Source: Gammaproteobacteria bacterium
GTDB taxonomy: Bacteria > Pseudomonadota > Gammaproteobacteria > GCA-001735895
Assembly: GCA_050298595.1 (NCBI GenBank)
Contig: JBNKUM010000100.1
Location: forward strand, 1-64,000
Direction of reading: 5' to 3'
Length of the DNA stretch: 64,000 nucleotides
Positions 17,588 through 25,773 of the stretch are shown one piece after another. The notes beneath the pieces are model-generated. The model was given only the letters and a program-made list of their open reading frames with translations. It did not search any database and had not been told where the DNA came from. Numbering within the stretch: the stretch's first letter is position 1; the number at the start of each line of letters is the position of its first letter. The position numbers were made by a program, and so were the translations under genes.

Positions 17588-17858
17588 AAAGGCTGCGCTA
17601 CCTGTATTGATTGTGTTGCTGATATTGAGTGGGATTTACTGGTGGTGGCAACAGCCTGAAACGCCACAACAGATGTTTGAGGTTCGATGTGCAAGTTGCC
17701 ATGAATTGCAGATTGAGAAGTTATGTGAATTTCCGAGTGAATTACGTGCTGACATCGTAGATGTGATGCGTAGGGATCATGGTGCTGCTGAAGTAATCAG
17801 TGAGCATGAAGCAAGATTGATACAACAATACTTTAGGGGAGAATTCCGATGTCGGTGA
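17556..17858 (+). CDS. Small membrane-anchored monoheme cytochrome c
   Basis: Hydrophobic anchor followed by CASCH; start codon uncertain. Confidence 0.7.
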   Translation: MKSGWRCYLNKKAALPVLIVLLILSGIYWWWQQPETPQQMFEVRCASCHELQIEKLCEFPSELRADIVDVMRRDHGAAEVISEHEARLIQQYFRGEFRCR

Positions 17859-18913
17859 ATTTTGATCAATACCAAAGTCTCGAAGAAGATATTTTACAGT
17901 GTCTGAGTGAAATATATGCCGGTGAAAATGGCCCCGATATTGTCTCTTCAGGTCAGATTTATGATGTGGTTGTGACCGCAGGTGCAGCGAGAATTTTACT
18001 GGACCCTCAGCATATTCCTAATGACTCTGAGGAGATGCTGGCAGAGGCTATTACGCCTCTGGTTGAGTCCATTCCTGGCATTGATCGAGTGATTGTTAAG
18101 CCGCGTCCAAAGTCCATCGCGCAACGCGAATCCATACCGGGTATAAGGCATGTCGTTGGTATACATAGTGGCAAGGGCGGTGTAGGCAAATCGACGGTAA
18201 CTGCTAATCTGGCCGTTGCATTAGCTCGTCAGGGTTTGTCGGTCGGACTGCTGGATGCTGATGTGTATGGTCCTTCGGCACCCACATTGATGGGTATCAA
18301 GGGTCGTGCTGAAACTTCTGAAGCAGCAGAGAAGATCGAGCCGATTATGGCTCACGGCGTAAAAGTGATGTCGTTGGGCCTGTTGCTACCTGAGGATCAG
18401 GCGCTTATCTGGCGGGGGTCTTTGATCGATGAAGGATTGCCGCAATTATTCAATGATATTGCATGGGGAGAGCTGGATATTCTGCTGGTGGATTTGCCCC
18501 CGGGAACTTCCGATGTGCATCTATCGGTAGCGCAGAGTGTGGCCCTGTCAGGTGTCATCACGGTGACCGCTCCGGGGCAGGTCTCCATTGATGACGTGCG
18601 CAGGGGGTTGGAAATGTTCGCAGATATTGCTGTGCCAAGCCTCGGGCTGGTGGAAAATATGTCTGGCGTTTTGTGCAAAAAATGTCATCACAAAGGGGAT
18701 TTGTTTGGCCAGGGTGGTGCGCAGGAATTATCACAGATGACGGGCATACCGCTGTTGACGACATTGCCTTTTATGCCAGTGGTAGCGTTGGGCTCAGATA
18801 ATGGCTTACCGGTAGCTACAGAAGATAGCGGCGTGGGAGCTGATTTTTATGAACTGGCCAGTTTGCTGTCATCAAAACTGCAGCTCAATCAAATGAGAGA
18901 GGTGTTGCAATGA
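17849..18913 (+). CDS. Mrp/ApbC/NBP35 family Fe-S cluster carrier ATPase (copy 1)
   Basis: SGKGGVGKST, DADVYGPS, DLPPGT and ENMS..CKKC. Confidence 0.93.
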   Translation: MSVNFDQYQSLEEDILQCLSEIYAGENGPDIVSSGQIYDVVVTAGAARILLDPQHIPNDSEEMLAEAITPLVESIPGIDRVIVKPRPKSIAQRESIPGIRHVVGIHSGKGGVGKSTVTANLAVALARQGLSVGLLDADVYGPSAPTLMGIKGRAETSEAAEKIEPIMAHGVKVMSLGLLLPEDQALIWRGSLIDEGLPQLFNDIAWGELDILLVDLPPGTSDVHLSVAQSVALSGVITVTAPGQVSIDDVRRGLEMFADIAVPSLGLVENMSGVLCKKCHHKGDLFGQGGAQELSQMTGIPLLTTLPFMPVVALGSDNGLPVATEDSGVGADFYELASLLSSKLQLNQMREVLQ

Positions 18914-19842
18914 AAGATTTTGCAGAATTCCCCGTTCAGATAGAGGTCAACAACACTATCCAGACTTCTGAAGACCCCTGGTATGCGCAACCTCAGGAGC
19001 CTCTTGAGGGTATTGCCAATGTCGTGTTGGTCGCAAGTGGTAAAGGGGGGGTAGGTAAGTCTACGGTTACTGTGAATCTCGCCTGTGCGCTGGCTCAGGC
19101 AGGCAAGCGCGTAGGTATACTGGATGCCGATCTGTATGGTCCGTCGATCACACGTATGATGGATACCGACGCTGAGCTACCCGTGAACGAAGATGGCTTT
19201 ACGATGCCGATTGAGAAGCATGGTGTGCACACCGTTTCGGTGGGTAATGTGATGCCACCAGAAGCAGCACTAGTCTGGAAGGGCCCACTGGTAACCCAGA
19301 CTTTATTACAAATGTTTAGAGATATTGCCTGGCCGGAGCTTGATATATTGCTTGTCGATCTACCGCCGGGTACGGGTGATGTGCCGTTAACGATTGTTGA
19401 GCAGATTCCTGTTACGGGCTGTGTGCTGGTGACTACGCCGCAAAAGTTATCGGTGGTCGATGCATCAAGAGGTATCTCGATGTTTCATGATCTGGATATC
19501 CCGGTTTTTGGGGTGGTGGAAAATATGAATCAGTATGTCTGCCCTTGCTGTGGAGAAGTACAGGAGTTATTCCCAGATGGTGCAGCACAGCTGCTAGCAG
19601 AACGAAAACATGTCAAATATCTGGGTGGGATCCCGCTCGACCCAAATGGCCAGCAGGCTGCCGATCAGGGAGCGCCGCTAGTATTATCAAGCCCGGACTG
19701 TATGGCAGCTCAGGCTTTTATAGCTCTCGCGAATGAGGTCGATGCCGCGATCAATAAAGAACGGGCATCTCAAATTTATAATGCCGATCCACAGGTGCAG
19801 GCAAACCATGAAATTTTCTGGGAAAACTTATTAGATGATTAA
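18910..19842 (+). CDS. Mrp/ApbC/NBP35 family Fe-S cluster carrier ATPase (copy 2)
   Basis: SGKGGVGKST, DADLYGPS, DLPPGTGD, TTPQ and ENM...CPCC. Confidence 0.93.
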   Translation: MKDFAEFPVQIEVNNTIQTSEDPWYAQPQEPLEGIANVVLVASGKGGVGKSTVTVNLACALAQAGKRVGILDADLYGPSITRMMDTDAELPVNEDGFTMPIEKHGVHTVSVGNVMPPEAALVWKGPLVTQTLLQMFRDIAWPELDILLVDLPPGTGDVPLTIVEQIPVTGCVLVTTPQKLSVVDASRGISMFHDLDIPVFGVVENMNQYVCPCCGEVQELFPDGAAQLLAERKHVKYLGGIPLDPNGQQAADQGAPLVLSSPDCMAAQAFIALANEVDAAINKERASQIYNADPQVQANHEIFWENLLDD

Positions 19843-19851
19843 GGTGATCGT

Positions 19852-20604
19852 ATGAATAAATCAGCAAAACTTCTTGTGCAACATCAGCCGGGCGCTGCCG
19901 ATGAGGAGCTGGAATATACATGGATGGAGGGTGCAGATGCTTTCATCATAGACCCCTGTGACTGCGATGTTGAAACCGTGAATGCGATTCCAGTAGATGA
20001 GATGATGATAATATCCAGTGATCCTGGAAATACGCTTCATTTACAACAGGATAAAACATGCCGCTGGGTTTGCGATGAGGGTTTGCAGAAGACTGCAGAA
20101 TTACGTGATGAGTGGAAAGAATCAGAGTGGATTCCAAAATTAACGGTTTTTCGCCCTCATACCAGTTATCGATTCTCTGGTCCTGCCATCGGTGAAGGGT
20201 TTTCATTCTACATTCCTGATACCTCTACGATCAGAGGCTGGCGCGTCACCGATGGGGATATTTTATTGTCTGAAGCCGTACAGAAAGCCAGAGCATTGGG
20301 ATTTACTTCAGTCTGGTTGCATTCCCTTGATGCGGAAAATGAAGCCAAAGGGCTGGAGCTGGAAATGCTGGATAGAACTGAAGGGAGTGAGTTGAATGTC
20401 TGGTTGTCTGGGGGGATATCTAACCCTCAGCATCTAAAAAATATGGTTCGTGTAGGAGGAGCCAGCGCAGCCGTGGTAGACAGTGAATTTGCCAGGACGC
20501 ATGGAATAGAGGCATTAAACGAGGCTCTGCTTCCTGTCGCAGCGGAACCCGTTACTGCCGAAGTTAATTTTGTCTGTGGCCAGGGCTGTAGCCCTGCTGT
20601 ATAG
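19852..20604 (+). CDS. Divergent HisA/HisF-like TIM-barrel protein
   Basis: C-terminal half matches the HisA/HisF pattern (G...V.L.S.D......G.EL, SGGI...HL, GA.AAVV); N-terminal half not recognisable. Confidence 0.65.
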   Translation: MNKSAKLLVQHQPGAADEELEYTWMEGADAFIIDPCDCDVETVNAIPVDEMMIISSDPGNTLHLQQDKTCRWVCDEGLQKTAELRDEWKESEWIPKLTVFRPHTSYRFSGPAIGEGFSFYIPDTSTIRGWRVTDGDILLSEAVQKARALGFTSVWLHSLDAENEAKGLELEMLDRTEGSELNVWLSGGISNPQHLKNMVRVGGASAAVVDSEFARTHGIEALNEALLPVAAEPVTAEVNFVCGQGCSPAV

Positions 20605-20607
20605 CTT

Positions 20608-21075
20608 GTGACTAAATTGTGGGTAGTGATACTGCTGGGCGTTTTATATAGTGGCTATCTATTGGCGCAAGGCTATACTGAAATTTCAGCTGCGGAGTTA
20701 TTGAGCTGGCAGCAAAACGGTAAGTCAATGATGTTGCTGGATGTGCGCGGTCGCGATGCTTACTCAAAAGCAACACTTTCGGGTGCTATCAATGGTGGGT
20801 TAGACCCAAAAGGTTTTCTACCGGGCAGCAATCGCGCCCCGGTGGTTTTAATTATTCCCAAAAGCGCTGAAAAGGGTTTCACCAGGTCCTGGGTAGATCG
20901 ATTAAAAAATGCTCATCTGGATGTTTACGTGTTCAGTGCTGGTATCAATGAATGGATCGCGCAGGGTGGTCAGGTCTATGAACCTGAGACTTATTATTCG
21001 AAACCGGGTACGGTTCCCTTTCGAATCCCAAAAGGACTTTGTGAAGAAGGAGAACCGGCGCAGATATTTGAATGA
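20608..21075 (+). CDS. Exported rhodanese-like domain protein
   Basis: Signal peptide, LLDVR...Y....L.GA.N and GI.EW...G; no Cys in the expected active-site loop. Confidence 0.75.
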   Translation: MTKLWVVILLGVLYSGYLLAQGYTEISAAELLSWQQNGKSMMLLDVRGRDAYSKATLSGAINGGLDPKGFLPGSNRAPVVLIIPKSAEKGFTRSWVDRLKNAHLDVYVFSAGINEWIAQGGQVYEPETYYSKPGTVPFRIPKGLCEEGEPAQIFE

Positions 21076-21932
21076 TACGACTCTTATTGGCCAGGTTTTT
21101 AGCGGTTTGTGTTATTTTGCTTCCTGTCAAAGTGATATCAGATATTAATGTCCCGCTATGTGAGAGCTGTCATTCCGAGCAGACTGAATCCTATCAACGC
21201 AGTAAAATGGCTATCGCTGCGCAAACCGTTACTTTTATTAATGAGTGGAATCAAAAAGGTCAACCTGATCGCTGTTTTAATTGCCATTCACCCTCTTTAA
21301 CTCAAGGGGTAGTATGTACTGACTGCCATCAGGGCGCTAATCATCCCTTTAATTTAGCAACGGATATCAATATTTGCAGCCGCTGCCATGATGCACCCGG
21401 TGAAATAACGCTAAGAAGCTACTATCAGTCACCTTCATCTAGAAAAGGTGAGCGCTGTAGTGCCTGTCATTTGAATATCAAAGTATCAGGGCATGAGTTT
21501 TTAGGCCCATCAACACCTGGTTTTTTAAAGGGGGTTGCCAGACTGGACATTGCCTTAAGAATAGAAGGCGATGACACAATAGCAATTGTGAGCATTAATC
21601 ATAATGCAGGTCATGCTGTACCTGGAGGCACTACGGGAAGATCAGTCTGGTTGTTAGCTGATCAGTTTAATGATGCTGGAGAAGTTATGAGGCTATCAGA
21701 AACACGTTTTGGTTGGCAGGATCATCAGCAGCAAGGGTGGAAAGATAACACTTTGCCTGCTGGTTGTAGTACTGTGGTTGAAATACCTGTAGATTCTGAT
21801 CCGAAATTAGATAAATTACGTGTTAAACTGATTTACCGGTTTGAACCGGGTTTATTACAATCAAAAGATACAAAACAATTCACTCTAGATGAACTCATCT
21901 ATCAACTAGAGGGACGTGGTGCATCACGATGA
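21072..21932 (+). CDS. Periplasmic pentaheme cytochrome c
   Basis: Signal peptide plus CESCH, CFNCH, CTDCH, CSRCH and CSACH; AGHAVPGG motif. Confidence 0.88.
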   Translation: MIRLLLARFLAVCVILLPVKVISDINVPLCESCHSEQTESYQRSKMAIAAQTVTFINEWNQKGQPDRCFNCHSPSLTQGVVCTDCHQGANHPFNLATDINICSRCHDAPGEITLRSYYQSPSSRKGERCSACHLNIKVSGHEFLGPSTPGFLKGVARLDIALRIEGDDTIAIVSINHNAGHAVPGGTTGRSVWLLADQFNDAGEVMRLSETRFGWQDHQQQGWKDNTLPAGCSTVVEIPVDSDPKLDKLRVKLIYRFEPGLLQSKDTKQFTLDELIYQLEGRGASR

Positions 21933-21959
21933 ATGCAAAAAACTGGGTGAGATTTTAAA

Positions 21960-22841
21960 ATGAAAAAAGCTGTAGTTTTATTCACGCAGTTTTCAATCAC
22001 TCTTTTAATGAGCTTATTCATATGGCTCTATTCGGCTAGCTCTTCACTAGCTATAAGTGATACGAAAACATATAAAATTGGATTAACACCTGTATTCCTT
22101 ACAGATAGAACCTCCTTTATTCATGATTGGCAAAACTATCTTTCTAAAAAGTTGAATGCATCGGTAAAATTTGTTCAGCGTCAAACCTATCAGGAAGTGA
22201 CAGATTTGTTGATGTCAGGTGATCTGGATGCGGCGTGGTTATGTGGGTTTCCCTATGTGGTTAATAAAAGTGAATTTAAACTGCTGTCTGTACCCACTTA
22301 TAAAGGAGAGCCTCTTTATCAATCCTATTTGATTGTTCCTGCAACCGATAAAGACACAAAGAATATTGAAGACCTGAAAAATAAGGTGTTTGCTTACTCT
22401 GACCCTAATTCAAATTCAGGGTATCTGGTTCCCCAGGTGGATATGATTAAAGCAGGTATCAATCCCAGAACTTATTTTAATAAAACTTTCTTTGCATGGT
22501 CACATCAGGATGTCGTAAGGGCGGTCGCTGATGGAGTTGCCCATGCAGGTGCTGTAGATGGGTATGTCTGGGATACGATAGAAAGCATTGACCCACGATT
22601 AGCCAGTCAAACCAGAGTGGTTACCCGATCTCAGAAATTTGGTTTCCCACCATTTGTCGTAAAGCGAGGTATTTCCAGTACGAGTGAGTCAGCTCTTAGG
22701 CAGTCATTACTCAATATGAATAATGATAAGGATGGGCAGGCCTTGTTGAAAAGATTGAATATCGATAGTTTCATCATGGGTGATGATGAACTTTATGAAG
22801 GCATATCAAATTTCGTTAATATTCTTAAGGAAAATAGATGA
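21960..22841 (+). CDS. Periplasmic oxyanion-binding sensor, PhnD-like (AioX/ArxX/AnrX family)
   Basis: GLTPVF, AWLCGFPY, Y.SYLIV, DP.SNSG, H..V..AVA.G and VDGYVW motifs. Confidence 0.85.
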   Translation: MKKAVVLFTQFSITLLMSLFIWLYSASSSLAISDTKTYKIGLTPVFLTDRTSFIHDWQNYLSKKLNASVKFVQRQTYQEVTDLLMSGDLDAAWLCGFPYVVNKSEFKLLSVPTYKGEPLYQSYLIVPATDKDTKNIEDLKNKVFAYSDPNSNSGYLVPQVDMIKAGINPRTYFNKTFFAWSHQDVVRAVADGVAHAGAVDGYVWDTIESIDPRLASQTRVVTRSQKFGFPPFVVKRGISSTSESALRQSLLNMNNDKDGQALLKRLNIDSFIMGDDELYEGISNFVNILKENR

Positions 22842-24277
22842 ATATTGGTGATATCAGTTATCGGGTCAAAGTACCAATATTGCTAACTGGAGTTATTTTA
22901 CTTACCGTCACTGCGGTAGCTTTCGCGCTTAGCTGGCGTGCTTATGAAGATTTAAGAGTAGAAATGTTTAGAAATGCGGTTGAGATTGGTAGTGTCTTAT
23001 CCAATAGTTTACCAGATGCCATGTTGCGTGATGACTTGTGGAGCGCTTATCGCATGGTAAGAGCAGCCGAGGGTTGGGCGGATGAGGCATCTAATCGCCT
23101 GTTAATAGTGCTCGATATGAATGGTCTTATTTATGTTTCAAATAAGCCCAGAGAGCTTTCAGCTACGACGCCCTTAAGAACACATGGAGCTGAATTTGCA
23201 CGCATTGAGTCAACGCTGTTATCTCTGAGTGGCGAGCTTAAACCACGCTCTTATGAGCATGATGGAGATGTCAATATCTATGTTATTTTGCCCATGTTGA
23301 GTGATGGTGTGGCCGTAGGAAATATTGTTATTGGATACGATAAAAAATTATTCTGGCCTCGGCTGATTGATATTATTGAAAGGGTGGTTATTTCTGCTTT
23401 TATTGTGGCAATAGTCTTATTGCCATTTGGCTGGTTCTTAGGTAATAGAATAGTCTCACCATTGAGTAAGCTAAATCAATGTATGTCAAAAATTGGACGA
23501 GTTAAACCCGAAGAAATTGTGTGTGATTTAGAATTGGGGGACGATGAGATAGGGCAGTTGGGTGAAAGTTTTAAAAGAATGTTAGGGGAGCTAGATGAAA
23601 AAGAAAAAATGGAAGTTAATATGCTGGCATCTGAGCGCTTGGCGGCGATTGGTCGGTTAACAGCGGGTGTTGCACATGAGATTAACAATCCGCTAGGTGG
23701 CATGTTAAACGCACTGAATACTTTTCGTAAATATAGCAATACCGATGAATTAGGACACGATACTTTTAAGTTGATTGAACGAGGTTTGGAGCAAATTAGA
23801 GATACGGTTTCTGCGCTTTTAGTTGAGGCTAATCCTAGAAGTCACGACCTGATGCCGGCAGATATTGAAGATGTACATACGTTGTTATTACCGGTCCTGC
23901 GTGAGAATGATGTGTCATTGGTCTTGATCAATGAACTGAAAGAATCTGTAAATTTACCCTCTACGCCTATTCGTCAAATATTAATGAACCTGGCTTTAAA
24001 CGCAATTCAGGCTTCTCACAAAGATAAAGAGGTTCAATGTATGGTGACATCTACAAACAATACTTTACGTCTGATTGTTGAAAATGAAGGGCCAGAAATT
24101 CCACGCGAAAAAATGCTGCATTTATTCGAACCTTTTTTGCAGGATGCAACCGGTAATGGATTAGGATTGTGGGTGACCTATCAACTGGTGTTGCAGTTGG
24201 ATGGAATTATTGAAGTGAAATCCGTAGCGGGTAAAACAAAGTTTGATGTCTCGTTTACAACCAGGAAAATGGCATGA
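22838..24277 (+). CDS. Membrane sensor histidine kinase (AioS/ArxS-like)
   Basis: Two TM segments, HAMP domain, AHEINNPL H-box, N-box and GLGL G-box. Confidence 0.93.
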   Translation: MNIGDISYRVKVPILLTGVILLTVTAVAFALSWRAYEDLRVEMFRNAVEIGSVLSNSLPDAMLRDDLWSAYRMVRAAEGWADEASNRLLIVLDMNGLIYVSNKPRELSATTPLRTHGAEFARIESTLLSLSGELKPRSYEHDGDVNIYVILPMLSDGVAVGNIVIGYDKKLFWPRLIDIIERVVISAFIVAIVLLPFGWFLGNRIVSPLSKLNQCMSKIGRVKPEEIVCDLELGDDEIGQLGESFKRMLGELDEKEKMEVNMLASERLAAIGRLTAGVAHEINNPLGGMLNALNTFRKYSNTDELGHDTFKLIERGLEQIRDTVSALLVEANPRSHDLMPADIEDVHTLLLPVLRENDVSLVLINELKESVNLPSTPIRQILMNLALNAIQASHKDKEVQCMVTSTNNTLRLIVENEGPEIPREKMLHLFEPFLQDATGNGLGLWVTYQLVLQLDGIIEVKSVAGKTKFDVSFTTRKMA

Positions 24278-25605
24278 ATAACTCATCTAGATTATGTCTT
24301 GTAGAAGATGATGAAATTATGCGTATCTCGCTTTGCCAGAGATTTAATTTAGAATGTATTCCCTGTGATTGTTATGACACGGCAGGTGCAGCCTTATTGG
24401 CACTTAAAGAAAATCATTACGATCTGCTCATTAGTGATATCAAACTCCCTGACATGAGTGGAGAGGCGCTCTACAAATCATTGCTGGATTCTGATCAAAT
24501 ACCGCCACCTACCATATTTATTACGGGCTATGGCACCATAGATCAGGCTGTGGAGTTATTAAAGCTTGGTGCGAGTGACTATATCAGTAAACCATTTGAT
24601 CTTGATGATTTGTTATTCAAGTTGAGAGAGCTATGTCCTTCCCTTTTTAACACTGAAGGATCAGACGATACAGAATTGGGCGTTTCATCACAGATGAGAG
24701 GCGTGGTGGCAACTCTAAACCGTCTCGCAGAACATGACGTAGATGTGTTGATAACAGGTGAGTCCGGAGTTGGTAAAGAGTATGCAGCAAAGTATTTCGC
24801 AGATAAATACAGAAGCAGTTCTGAGGAACCTTTTATTGCCATTAATTGCGCCGCGTTACCCGAAGATCTTTTAGAGGCCGAATTATTCGGACATGAAAAA
24901 GGTGCGTTCACTGGTGCAGTAAAGCAGCGCAGGGGTGTTTTTGAGCAAGCGCATGGTGGAGTGCTTTTCCTTGATGAGATAGGCGAAACCACACCACGCA
25001 TGCAAGCTAAATTATTACGCTGTATACAGGAGAGGGTTATTCAACGTATTGGTGGCGAGGATTTGATATCGGTTAACGTTAGACTGATTTACGCTACCAA
25101 CCAGGATCTATTCGCAATGGTAGATCAGGGAACATTCCGTGAAGATTTATTTTACAGAATTAATGTGGCGCATGTTGTCATTCCCCCATTAAGGGAAAGA
25201 AAGGCAGATATCATTTGGCTGGCGCATAAAGTTGTGGAGGAGCATGGGAAGAAATATCAGCAACGTAAGATAATATTGCCAATAACTGAGCGATTTCTGG
25301 AAAAGCAACTGTGGCCTGGCAATTTGAGGGAGTTAAAAAATACCCTCGAAAGGGTCTGTATATTAAGTAATCAGGAGATTATTGGGCCTAAAGATTTTTA
25401 CCCACCAGATCCAGTGGTTAATGAATCTATGGGAAGTACCACATTGAAAGATTCTATGGATCAGTATGAGATGAATCTATTACAGGAAACTCTGGAGCAT
25501 CATGAGTGGAGAATTATTGAATCGGCGGATAGCCTGGGCATAAGTCGTAAAAGTTTGTGGGAGAAAATGAAGCGTTATGGGATTCCTCAATCTAAACAGG
25601 ATTAG
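24274..25605 (+). CDS. Sigma54-dependent response regulator (AioR/ArxR-like, NtrC family)
   Basis: Receiver domain, GESGVGKE, GAFTGA, FLDEIGE, WPGNLREL and Fis-type HTH. Confidence 0.95.
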   Translation: MNNSSRLCLVEDDEIMRISLCQRFNLECIPCDCYDTAGAALLALKENHYDLLISDIKLPDMSGEALYKSLLDSDQIPPPTIFITGYGTIDQAVELLKLGASDYISKPFDLDDLLFKLRELCPSLFNTEGSDDTELGVSSQMRGVVATLNRLAEHDVDVLITGESGVGKEYAAKYFADKYRSSSEEPFIAINCAALPEDLLEAELFGHEKGAFTGAVKQRRGVFEQAHGGVLFLDEIGETTPRMQAKLLRCIQERVIQRIGGEDLISVNVRLIYATNQDLFAMVDQGTFREDLFYRINVAHVVIPPLRERKADIIWLAHKVVEEHGKKYQQRKIILPITERFLEKQLWPGNLRELKNTLERVCILSNQEIIGPKDFYPPDPVVNESMGSTTLKDSMDQYEMNLLQETLEHHEWRIIESADSLGISRKSLWEKMKRYGIPQSKQD

Positions 25606-25773
25606 CTATTAAATTTTCCGAGCTACATACTGAGCTATGCCATACAGGCCTATGTGAAGGTTGTTTCCACTTTCGATTTTTTGCAATTAAGATATCAAAT
25701 TGAAATTATTTGAATGTATCAAAGTTTCCAATCATTCTGACTAATCAATATTACCCCGGTTTTATTTGCTAGT

